From Ilumatobacteraceae bacterium (lineage in GTDB: Bacteria; Actinomycetota; Acidimicrobiia; Acidimicrobiales; Ilumatobacteraceae), in the NCBI GenBank assembly GCA_049454855.1, contig JBMUAQ010000002.1:1-56224 (forward strand): a stretch of DNA of 56,224 nucleotides, read 5' to 3'. The notes beneath the pieces were generated by a model. That model did no database searches, was not told the DNA's origin, and worked only from the letters and a program-made list of their open reading frames with translations. A program made the translations under genes and the position numbers. Of the stretch, positions 18,697 through 26,774 are shown piece after piece. Every line of letters starts with the position of its first letter. The stretch's first letter is position 1.

Positions 18697-19153
18697 GGAT
18701 CTCGAGCACCCGCTGGGCACGGTTCGCGTGGATGGTCTCCTCGCGGCCGTTCAGGCGCAGGAGCCGGGCGATCTCCGGGTTCGGTTCGTTGTCGGCCCAC
18801 TTCTGGTAGCCGGCGTCACCGTTCAGCTCCCCCTGCACCACTCCCGCGAACAGCTTCGCGTCGATGACAGCAGGCATGGGCACGTCGAGCAGTTCCTGCT
18901 GCGCTGCGCTGGGCTCCCACTCGCTCCCGAGAGCGATGGACAACGCACGGGCGATGCGCCGGGCATGCCCGCGCTCCTCCACCGCGTTGCGGCGCAGGAG
19001 GTCCTTCGCCTCGGCGTCATCGATGCGGTCGGCCAGCAGGTTGTAGAAGAACTCCCCCGCCATCTCGACGCGCCAGATCGTCTGCATCTCGTCGGTGCCG
19101 AGGCGCTCGACCCCCGCAAGTGATGCGTTCGCGGTGTAGAAGTTCTCGCTCAT
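18686..19153 (-). CDS. Ferritin-like / rubrerythrin-like domain protein
   Basis: MSENFY.. with E..EE.GH (NAVEERGHARRIA) and REETIH di-iron-like motifs. Lies 10 nt downstream of the FKBP gene. Confidence 0.65.
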   Translation of the reverse strand: MSENFYTANASLAGVERLGTDEMQTIWRVEMAGEFFYNLLADRIDDAEAKDLLRRNAVEERGHARRIARALSIALGSEWEPSAAQQELLDVPMPAVIDAKLFAGVVQGELNGDAGYQKWADNEPNPEIARLLRLNGREETIHANRAQRVLEILSS

Positions 19154-19163
19154 CACAGTCCCC

Positions 19164-19532
19164 TCAGTTCACGTTCAGGAGGTCGACCACGAACACGAGC
19201 GTCTCGCCGCCCTTGATCACACCGCCCGCTCCGGCCGCCCCGTAGCCCATGTGCGGCGGGATCGTGAGACGACGGCGTCCACCCACCTTCATGCCGGCGA
19301 CGCCCTCGTCCCATCCGCTGATCACCTGTCCGGCCCCGAGGCGGAACTCGAAGGTCTCCTGCCGGTCCCACGACGCGTCGAACTGGCGGTTCGTGCTCCA
19401 TGCAACGCCGACGTAGTGCACCTCCACCACCGCGCCCGGCCTTGCCTCTGCACCGTCGCCCACGGTGATGTCGTCGAGAACGAGGTCTGCGGGCGGGTCC
19501 TGGTCGGGGATGGAGACGTCGGGCTTGCTCAT
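19164..19532 (-). CDS. FKBP-type peptidyl-prolyl cis-trans isomerase
   Basis: Motifs VEVHYVGV, FDASWDR, FRLGAGQVISGWDEGVAGMKVGGRRRLTIPP, LVFVVDLL. Confidence 0.9.
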   Translation of the reverse strand: MSKPDVSIPDQDPPADLVLDDITVGDGAEARPGAVVEVHYVGVAWSTNRQFDASWDRQETFEFRLGAGQVISGWDEGVAGMKVGGRRRLTIPPHMGYGAAGAGGVIKGGETLVFVVDLLNVN

Positions 19533-19573
19533 CGGCCCAACCTACCCCTCACCCGGGGGGCAAGAATCAGGGG

Positions 19574-20869
19574 ATGAGGTTCGCATCGATGGAGGAGGCG
19601 GTCGCCGTCGTGCGCGGCACCGACAGCCTCGCCGTGCCGCTCGGGCCGGGGGTGCCGGTGGGTTTCCTGCACGCGCTCGGGGAGCGCGACGACTTCGGAC
19701 GACTCGAGGTGTTCGGCGCGCTGCTTCCCGACCTCTTCCAGTTGTTCATGCGCAGGGGTGTCCGCTACCGCAGCGGTTTCTTCGGACCAGCCGAACGTTT
19801 CCTGCGCGACTCAGGGGCCGACATCGACTTCGTCCCCGCCGATTTCCGCCGCTTCGAGCCGGTGCTGCGGCACCTGAACCCGCGCGTCATGGCGACAGCC
19901 GCGGCGATGCCGGAGAACGGCCGCGTCAGCCTGAGCCTGCATGCGGGCGCCTCGGTCGACGAGCTGCACCGTGCCGGTGCCGACCCCGACAGGGTGCTGG
20001 TGGTGGAGGTGAGCGAGCACTACCCGCGCACCGTGGGTGTGGAGCCGGGCCACACGCACAGCCTCGCACTGGATGAGATCGACGTTCTGGTGCACACCGA
20101 CCGACGGCCGCTCGACCTTCCCGATGCGGAGCCCACGGAGGCGGAGCGTCGCATTGCAGAGCATGCGATGCGGTTCATCCATGACGGGTGCACGCTGCAG
20201 ACCGGAATCGGAGGCATCCCGAGCCGCATCGCGTCGATGGTGGCCGACAGCAACATCGGTGACCTCGGCATCCATTCCGAGATGTTCACCACCGGCCTGA
20301 TGCGTCTGCACCGCGCGGGCAAGGTGACGAACCGCAAGAACTCCCCCTTCGACGGCTACTCGCCCACAACGTTCGCCGCCGGTGTGCCCGAGCTGTACGA
20401 GTGGCTGGACGGCAACACCGAGGTGCGCTTCCTGCCGGTGCGGGTGGTGAACTCACCCGAGAACATCGCACGCAACCGCAGCATGGTCACGATCAACGGC
20501 GCGCTGGCCGTCGACCTGTCGGGCCAGGTGATGGCCGACAGCATCAACGGAGTTCAGTTCAGCGGGGTGGGCGGCCACGAGGACTTCGTGAGCGGACCCG
20601 GGCTCACGGCCGATGGCCGCAGCATGATCTGCCTGCCGTCCACATCCACGGTGAACGGAACGGTGACGAGCCGCATCCTCCCGGGGTTCCCGGCGGGCAC
20701 CGTGGTCAGCACCCCGCGCCACCAGGTGGACCTCGTGATCACCGAGTGGGGCGTGGCGGAACTGCACGGCCGTACGATCCGCGAGCGGGCAGAGGCGCTC
20801 GCGGCAGTCGGCCACCCCGACTTCAGGGACGAGCTGACCGAGCGCGCGAAGGTGTGGCCGTCCGACTGA
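19574..20869 (+). CDS. Acetyl-CoA hydrolase/transferase family protein (4-hydroxybutyrate CoA-transferase-like)
   Basis: Motifs LQTGIGGIPS, INGALAVDLSGQV, FSGVGGHEDF, TEWGVAELHG. Confidence 0.85.
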   Translation: MRFASMEEAVAVVRGTDSLAVPLGPGVPVGFLHALGERDDFGRLEVFGALLPDLFQLFMRRGVRYRSGFFGPAERFLRDSGADIDFVPADFRRFEPVLRHLNPRVMATAAAMPENGRVSLSLHAGASVDELHRAGADPDRVLVVEVSEHYPRTVGVEPGHTHSLALDEIDVLVHTDRRPLDLPDAEPTEAERRIAEHAMRFIHDGCTLQTGIGGIPSRIASMVADSNIGDLGIHSEMFTTGLMRLHRAGKVTNRKNSPFDGYSPTTFAAGVPELYEWLDGNTEVRFLPVRVVNSPENIARNRSMVTINGALAVDLSGQVMADSINGVQFSGVGGHEDFVSGPGLTADGRSMICLPSTSTVNGTVTSRILPGFPAGTVVSTPRHQVDLVITEWGVAELHGRTIRERAEALAAVGHPDFRDELTERAKVWPSD

Positions 20870-21476
20870 GACCGGCGGCCTGCACCAACGACACCACCGT
20901 CGCGAGCGACGCGCCGCCCAGCAGGAAACCTGCCAGAAGATCTGTGGGCCAGTGCGTGCGGATGATCCAGCTGGAGAACGCAACCGTCACCGCTGCGGCT
21001 GCCACCCCCGACCACAGACGTTCGGTGAGATCGGGCCGTCGTTGCGACACGATCCACGCCATCCAGCCCCACAGTGCAACCACGTTCGCGGCGTGACCCG
21101 ACGGGAACGCGAGGAACCCCGCCTCCAGCACCATGTCGCCCTGGTAGGGGAACGACCGACCGAATGCCACCTTCACCGCACCGACGAGCCCTGTCTGCAG
21201 GAGAAGCACCGCGACGAACCCCCCGGCGTGCAGCCACGTGCGGTTCCGCCACGACTGCCACACGAGCCACGGCAGGCACACCGTGAGGATGATGCCGCGC
21301 AGTCCGGCCATCACCATGATCTCGAAGAAGTCACGGTTCTTCGGGATGCTGCGCGCGAGGCGGGCGGCCTCCGCGTCGAGACCCGACAGCCAGCCGTCGG
21401 TGGCCACCTGCCAGGCCAGGAACGCAAACGCCACCATGCATGCGGTGACGGTTCTCCACAGCCTCTCCGGTGACAT
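20823..21476 (-). CDS. PAP2-family phosphatase (membrane)
   Basis: Trimmed to ATG (complement of 21474-21476). Motifs KVAFGRSFP, PSGH, IRTHWPTD. The 3' end overlaps the convergent CoA-transferase by 47 nt. Confidence 0.75.
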   Translation of the reverse strand: MSPERLWRTVTACMVAFAFLAWQVATDGWLSGLDAEAARLARSIPKNRDFFEIMVMAGLRGIILTVCLPWLVWQSWRNRTWLHAGGFVAVLLLQTGLVGAVKVAFGRSFPYQGDMVLEAGFLAFPSGHAANVVALWGWMAWIVSQRRPDLTERLWSGVAAAAVTVAFSSWIIRTHWPTDLLAGFLLGGASLATVVSLVQAAGLSRTATPSRARSARP

Positions 21477-21555
21477 CGCCCCCAATTGTGCCAAGGCACC
21501 GGGGCATTCGCGAGGCCGGAAACGGGGCCGCGCGCAGGGTGCAAGACTCCGCAGT

Positions 21556-22551
21556 ATGGACGTACCCCAGCCCGGAACCCCGCAGTGGCACGACCTCGTC
21601 CGCGAGGACGTGGTGGACCCCGACCGGGTGATCATCGACCCGCACCATCATCTCTGGCCGGCGGGCCAGGCACTCAACTACGACATCGGCGACCTCCTGG
21701 CCGATGTGCGCGACGGCCACCGCATCGAGTGCACTGTGTTCATGGAGTGCGGAGCGTCGTACGACACCGACGCACCCTCGCACCTCGCCCCCGTCGGGGA
21801 GACCAGGTTCGTCGCGTCGCGCGCGGCGCAGGATCCGCACCGCACCATCCGCGCAATCGTCGCCTCGGCCGACCTCACGCTGGCGAACCTCGACGAGGTT
21901 CTCGATGCACACGTGGAGGCGGCGAACGGCATGTTCCGCGGGATCCGTGACGCACTGTCGCGCGCCGACGAACCGGGTGCGCTCACCATCCCCGGCCGCG
22001 CCGCCGAGGGAAAGTTCGAGAACCCCGCGTTCGTCCGTGGTGTGCGGCGCCTCGGTGAGCGGGGGCTCACCTACGACTCCTGGCACTACCACCACCAGAA
22101 CCGTGAGTTCCTCTCGCTCGCACGCTCCGCTCCGGGCACCACGATGGTTCTCGACCACTTCGGCACGCCGGTGGGAGTGGGCAGGTGGGCCGGACGCCAC
22201 GACGAGATCTTCGCCTCATGGAGACGCGACATCGACGAGATCGCCGCACTCCCGAACGTGGTCGCCAAGATCGGGGGTCTGGCGATGCCCGACAACGGCT
22301 TCGGGTGGCACACCGCGGAACGTCCCCCGACATCGGACGAGTTCGTCGCCGTACAGAGGCGCTGGTACGAGCACACGATCCAGGCGTTCGGCCCTGACCG
22401 CTGCATGTTCGAGTCCAACTTCCCCGTCGACCGGCTGTCGCTGTCGTACCGCACGTTCTGGAACGCGGCGAAGAAGATCGCCTCGGGGTACTCGGACACC
22501 GAGCAGGACGCCCTGTTCAGGGGAACCGCCGCACGCGTCTATTCGCTCTGA
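21556..22551 (+). CDS. Amidohydrolase-2 (TIM-barrel metal-dependent hydrolase) family protein
   Basis: Trimmed to ATG 21556. Motifs IIDPHHHLW, VLDHFG, MFESNFPVD. Confidence 0.85.
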   Translation: MDVPQPGTPQWHDLVREDVVDPDRVIIDPHHHLWPAGQALNYDIGDLLADVRDGHRIECTVFMECGASYDTDAPSHLAPVGETRFVASRAAQDPHRTIRAIVASADLTLANLDEVLDAHVEAANGMFRGIRDALSRADEPGALTIPGRAAEGKFENPAFVRGVRRLGERGLTYDSWHYHHQNREFLSLARSAPGTTMVLDHFGTPVGVGRWAGRHDEIFASWRRDIDEIAALPNVVAKIGGLAMPDNGFGWHTAERPPTSDEFVAVQRRWYEHTIQAFGPDRCMFESNFPVDRLSLSYRTFWNAAKKIASGYSDTEQDALFRGTAARVYSL

Positions 22552-22579
22552 GGTCGCCGCAGCGCGGGGACAGAGTGGA

Positions 22580-24082
22580 TCACTCGAAGACGAGGCACCC
22601 GTCGTCGAGGTCGGCGTGCGGGATCACGTCCTTCTCCGCCCAGTAGTCCTGGTCGTGCCTCCACTCGGGCTTGTCGCCCGCCTTCGGCATGAGGTGCATG
22701 CTGCGCATGAGATAGTTCGGGTTGAAGTTGTCGGGCCTGATCCAGTCGCCGATCTCCATCCCCTCGTCCTGGGGACGGAGGCGAGGCGTGACCCGCCTCG
22801 CGCCCCTGTCGTCCATGTGGCGGAACATGCGGCAGATGAAGTCGCCCATGAGGTCCACCCGCAGCGTCCAGCTGGCGCGGAAGTACCCGAAGATCCACGC
22901 GAGGTTCGGCACCCCCGTGAACATCATCCCCCTGTAGGTGACGGTGTCGGGCCAGTTCACCGGGCGCCCGTCGACCTCGAAGGGGATGTCACCCAGCACG
23001 CTCAGGTTGAAACCGGTCGCCGGCACGACGATGTCGGCGTCGATCTGCGTTCCGTTCTTCGTGAGCACGCCGGTCTCGTTGAACGTGTCGATCTCGTCGG
23101 TGACCATGGTGGCCTTGCCCTCGCGGATGCCGGCGAACAGGTCACCGTCGGGGACGAACGCGATGCGCTGCTGCCACGGCCGGTAGTGGGGCGTGAAGTG
23201 CGACATGTCGTAGCCCTCGGGCAGGAGTGCCTTCACTCCCTCCAGCAGGAAGTCGCGCAGCGCATCGGGCTGCTCGAACGACATCTGGGTCACTGCACGG
23301 CCGTCGAACAAACGCTTGCGGCGCACGATCTCGTGGATCCACTTCTCGTCGATCTCCAGCTGGCGCAGGGTGTCGGCGAGGTCGTCCGCGTTGCGGCCGG
23401 GGATGAAGTACGTCGGTGAACGCTGCAGCACCGTGACGTGCGCGGCCTTCTTGCAGAACTCCGGGACCACGGTGGCCGCCGTGGCACCCGAGCCGATGAC
23501 GAGAATTCGCTTGTCCGCGTAGTCGGTGTCATCGGTCCAGTCCATCGGGTGGATCACGCGGCCGCGGTAGGAGTCCATGCCCGGCCACCCGGGCATGTAG
23601 CCCTTGTCCTGGTTGTAGTAGCCCTGGCACATGTAGAGGAAGTTGCAGGTCATCACGGTGTCGTCGCCGGTGTCGAGCCTGTGCACGCGCACCGTCCACT
23701 CGTTGTCCTCCGACGACCACGATGCCGATGTGATGCGGTGGCGGTAACGGATGTGACTGTCGAGACCGTTCTCGTCGATCACCTCGCCCATGTACTTCTT
23801 GATCTCCGCGGCAGTGGCGATCGGCGGGCCGACCCACGGCTTGAAGCGGTACCCGAACGTGTAGAGGTCGCTGTCGGAGCGCACGCCGGGGTAACGGTGC
23901 ATGTGCCAGGTGCCGCCGAACGACTCGAACTTCTCGAGGATGACGAAACTGCGCCCGGGACACTGCTCCTGCAGGTGCACCGCCGAGCCGATGCCCGAGA
24001 TGCCGGCCCCCACGATCAACACGTCGAAGTGCTCGACCCCGGGGGAACGAGCGGTTGACGGGGCGGTGGCTGTCTGGCTCAT
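22580..24082 (-). CDS. Flavin-dependent Baeyer-Villiger-type monooxygenase
   Basis: Motifs VLIVGAGISGIG (FAD), FGGTWHMHRYPGVRSD (BVMO-like fingerprint), VIGSGATA (NADP). Confidence 0.9.
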   Translation of the reverse strand: MSQTATAPSTARSPGVEHFDVLIVGAGISGIGSAVHLQEQCPGRSFVILEKFESFGGTWHMHRYPGVRSDSDLYTFGYRFKPWVGPPIATAAEIKKYMGEVIDENGLDSHIRYRHRITSASWSSEDNEWTVRVHRLDTGDDTVMTCNFLYMCQGYYNQDKGYMPGWPGMDSYRGRVIHPMDWTDDTDYADKRILVIGSGATAATVVPEFCKKAAHVTVLQRSPTYFIPGRNADDLADTLRQLEIDEKWIHEIVRRKRLFDGRAVTQMSFEQPDALRDFLLEGVKALLPEGYDMSHFTPHYRPWQQRIAFVPDGDLFAGIREGKATMVTDEIDTFNETGVLTKNGTQIDADIVVPATGFNLSVLGDIPFEVDGRPVNWPDTVTYRGMMFTGVPNLAWIFGYFRASWTLRVDLMGDFICRMFRHMDDRGARRVTPRLRPQDEGMEIGDWIRPDNFNPNYLMRSMHLMPKAGDKPEWRHDQDYWAEKDVIPHADLDDGCLVFE

Positions 24083-24090
24083 CGGGGTCC

Positions 24091-24594
24091 TCAGTGGTTC
24101 TTCGCGTTCACGTGCGGGTCAGCGGTGAGGAGGCGACGTGCCTCGGCGCGGTCGGGCGTGAAGCCCGGTGTGTCGCGGCACAGCTCCACCATGATGCCGT
24201 TGGGGTCGAGGTAGTAGAGCGACCGGCACCAGCCGTGGTCGACATCCATCAGCGGCTTGATGCCCGCGGCATCCATCCGGGCACGCACCTCGTCCTGCTT
24301 CTCGGCCGTGGCACGGAACGCGCAGTGGTTCACCCACACGGGCAGGCCCACACCGTCGGAGACGTCGGTGACGTAGTCGTCGCGCTCCCCCACCTTGTTC
24401 ACCTGGAAGAAGGCGATCGCCTCTGTGCGGCCGTCGGCGTCCTCACCGATGTCGAAGAAGATGTGGCGCAACCATGTGTCGCCCTCGCCGGCGGTGATCT
24501 CGGTGTACACGAGCGGAAAGCCCATGAGGTCCTCGTAGAACCGGGTGGTGGCCTCCACGTCCCTGGTGGCGTACGCAACATGGTGCAACGGCAT
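24091..24594 (-). CDS. VOC/glyoxalase-family protein
   Basis: Only the C-terminal 167 aa of track ORF 24091..25083 look real. MPLHHVAYATRDVEATTRFYEDLMGF.. Lies 8 nt upstream of the monooxygenase. Confidence 0.8.
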   Translation of the reverse strand: MPLHHVAYATRDVEATTRFYEDLMGFPLVYTEITAGEGDTWLRHIFFDIGEDADGRTEAIAFFQVNKVGERDDYVTDVSDGVGLPVWVNHCAFRATAEKQDEVRARMDAAGIKPLMDVDHGWCRSLYYLDPNGIMVELCRDTPGFTPDRAEARRLLTADPHVNAKNH

Positions 24595-24639
24595 GCCCGA
24601 ACCGTACCCCCGCCGGTGCACCGTCACTAGGGTCGGACC

Positions 24640-25080
24640 ATGACGATTGCCGACCGCTTCGCCCCGTTGCCCCGCGAGAACGCCGAGAGATGGGCCCACT
24701 TCCCCACGTGGGACCAGCCGACCAACTTTGCGATGCACCTCGGGTTCGTGGTGGAGGAACTGCGCCAGGACTACGCGCGCCTGCGCCTCCCGGCGCGCCA
24801 GGAGATGAACCAGCCGGCCGGCATCATGCACGGCGGCGCCATCGCGAGCCTCATCGACACCACTGTGGTGCCCGCGGTCGGCTGGAACGTGGAGGGCAGC
24901 AACAACTTCGTCACCATCAGCATGGATGTGCAGTACCTCTCGGCGGTGGCCGGCGAGGACGCCGTGTGCGAGGGGTGGATCGAGAAGCGCGGTAGGTCGA
25001 TCTGCTTCTGCCGAGCCGAGGTGCGCGGGGCCGACAGCGGGAGGCTGTGCGCCACCGCCTCGCTCGTCTACAAGGTGTGA
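24640..25080 (+). CDS. PaaI-family hotdog thioesterase
   Basis: Contains NQPAGIMHGGAIASLIDT, the hotdog thioesterase signature. Confidence 0.85.
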   Translation: MTIADRFAPLPRENAERWAHFPTWDQPTNFAMHLGFVVEELRQDYARLRLPARQEMNQPAGIMHGGAIASLIDTTVVPAVGWNVEGSNNFVTISMDVQYLSAVAGEDAVCEGWIEKRGRSICFCRAEVRGADSGRLCATASLVYKV

Positions 25081-25135
25081 CACCGCCCGGGTGCTCCATG
25101 TCCTGCCGCTCCGTGCCCCCCACTAGTTTCGGCAC

Positions 25136-26092
25136 ATGACCTTCGACGAAAGATTCACACCGCTCACCGACGCGGGCCTACGGCCCGAACGCGTCGTCAT
25201 CCCGTCGGCGAACCCGAGGAACTTCCACGAGGCGATGTCACCGGCGGGTCCGGCCGCGCTGCTCGACATCGACGGTGCGTGGGTCTTCCCGGGCGGGGAC
25301 GGCCCGCACCCCGCGGTGCTGGTGGTTCCCGGTAGCGCCGGGGTGTCACCCAACCATCTGCGTCACGCCGTGACACTCGTCCGCGAGGGCTTTGCCGTGC
25401 TCGTGCTCGACCCCTTCACGTCACGATCGGTGACGTCCACCGTCGCGAACCAGGCCCAGTTCTCCTTCGCTGCGAGTGCGTACGACGTGCTGGCTGCACT
25501 CCGCACGGCATCAGCCGACGCACGCATCGATGCCTCACGCATCTCGGCGCAGGGCCACAGCCGCGGCGGGTCTGCGGTGCTGGCCGCCTCCATGCGTCCG
25601 TTCGCCGACGCAGTGGTGGGCGGACTGTCGCTTGCCGGCACGTACGCGGCATACCCGTGGTGCGGCCAGCAGTTCCTGCGACCGACGGTGGGACGCACGG
25701 TTGTGAGGGCAATCACCGGCGAACGCGACGAGTGGAACTCTGTCATGTCGGTCCAGGCGCAGGTGCACGCCATCAACCTCACCGGCGGTGCCGCGTCGAT
25801 GAGATTGGTGCCCGGCGCGCACCACAGCTTCGACCGTTTCGAGGATGTCCACCTCATTGCAGAGGCACGGGTGTCGCCGAACGCTCCTGTCGAGTACCTC
25901 GCCGACGACGGCTCCATGGTCGACCCCGTCACCGGCGTGCCCGACCCTTCTCGCACCGACATCGACCAGTTCCGCGCCGCAGTGGCGGCCGGCTTCGGCC
26001 AGAAGGGCGCGCGCATGGGCGGCGGACCCGGCCTTCCCGAGGTGTTCGATGAGGACATGATCGCGTTCCACCGCGCGGTACTGACGCCCTGA
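25136..26092 (+). CDS. Dienelactone hydrolase-like alpha/beta hydrolase
   Basis: Nucleophile elbow AQGHSRGGS, plus the expected alpha/beta hydrolase length and pattern. Confidence 0.75.
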   Translation: MTFDERFTPLTDAGLRPERVVIPSANPRNFHEAMSPAGPAALLDIDGAWVFPGGDGPHPAVLVVPGSAGVSPNHLRHAVTLVREGFAVLVLDPFTSRSVTSTVANQAQFSFAASAYDVLAALRTASADARIDASRISAQGHSRGGSAVLAASMRPFADAVVGGLSLAGTYAAYPWCGQQFLRPTVGRTVVRAITGERDEWNSVMSVQAQVHAINLTGGAASMRLVPGAHHSFDRFEDVHLIAEARVSPNAPVEYLADDGSMVDPVTGVPDPSRTDIDQFRAAVAAGFGQKGARMGGGPGLPEVFDEDMIAFHRAVLTP

Positions 26093-26125
26093 CCTGCACA
26101 CCGGAGGGTCGGGGTGTGAACGGCA

Positions 26126-26157
26126 AAGGCCCGGCTCCATCACTGGAACCGGGCCTT
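26126..26157. terminator. Strong stem-loop between the hydrolase gene and the tRNA (candidate bidirectional intrinsic terminator without a U-tract)
   Basis: AAGGCCCGG (26126-26134) pairs with CCGGGCCTT (26149-26157) as perfect 9-bp arms. An inner TCCA/TGGA pairing extends the stem. Confidence 0.5.
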
Positions 26158-26163
26158 CACACC

Positions 26164-26240
<77 letters not shown>

Positions 26241-26302
26241 TCGTTGTAGTCGGAGAACTACGGTACTGGCACGGCCGCAGGGCCGCAACCCGAACGAACG
26301 TC

Positions 26303-26749
26303 ATGGCTCTCTTCTCGCGCAGGAAACAACCCGACCCGGTGCTCAACGCGGTGCAGGACCTCATGGCCTTCTCCGAGGAGGCACTGCGGGTCAGCCGCGA
26401 GGAGACCCGCGTGGCCAACGAGCGTCTTGCGTCACTGGAGGATCTGGTGACACGCCTCGGTGCCGCACTCGAGGACGAGAAGAAGGCCAACCGCGAGGGT
26501 GCCGAGCGTCTGTCGGTGATCGAGGCCAGGTTGATGAGCCTGGGCAGCGAGCTGGCGAACCAGATCCACGAGATGGGCAACGAGATCGAGAAGCTCGCTG
26601 CGCGCGAGGGTGACGGCTCGTTCGCAGAAGTGGCCGAAACGCTGCGCACCACCCAGGTGCGGCTCGCGCAGGAGCAGGCCCGCTACGAGATCGCCTTCCG
26701 CCAGGACCTCGCGGCGCTGGCCGACCAGTTGCAGCGCCGGGGACGCTAG
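26303..26749 (+). CDS. Coiled-coil protein of unknown function
   Basis: Trimmed to ATG 26303, because the upstream part of the track ORF overlaps the tRNA. Heptad-rich sequence of 148 aa (MALFSRRKQPDP..LEDLVTRLGAALEDEKKANREGAERL..). Confidence 0.6.
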   Translation: MALFSRRKQPDPVLNAVQDLMAFSEEALRVSREETRVANERLASLEDLVTRLGAALEDEKKANREGAERLSVIEARLMSLGSELANQIHEMGNEIEKLAAREGDGSFAEVAETLRTTQVRLAQEQARYEIAFRQDLAALADQLQRRGR

Positions 26750-26774
26750 ACCCCGACGCTGACCGGTTCCGGAA

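Noticed and set aside
20823-20869. 47-nt convergent overlap of the CoA-transferase and PAP2 genes as a possible antisense regulatory feature or frameshift
   Set aside because: Both C-terminal tails are non-conserved-looking extensions. Such overlaps recur in this compact window (7120-7151, 18686-18696, 36491-36504, 38901-38911), so it is most likely ordinary gene packing.
21704-23419. 571-aa plus-strand ORF bridging the amidohydrolase and the monooxygenase
   Set aside because: It is out of frame with the amidohydrolase and antisense to the BVMO, both of which have clear motifs.
24595-25083. N-terminal 163-aa extension of ORF 24091..25083 (minus)
   Set aside because: The extension is antisense to the PaaI thioesterase and is low complexity. 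The VOC domain begins at MPLHHVAYA (24594).
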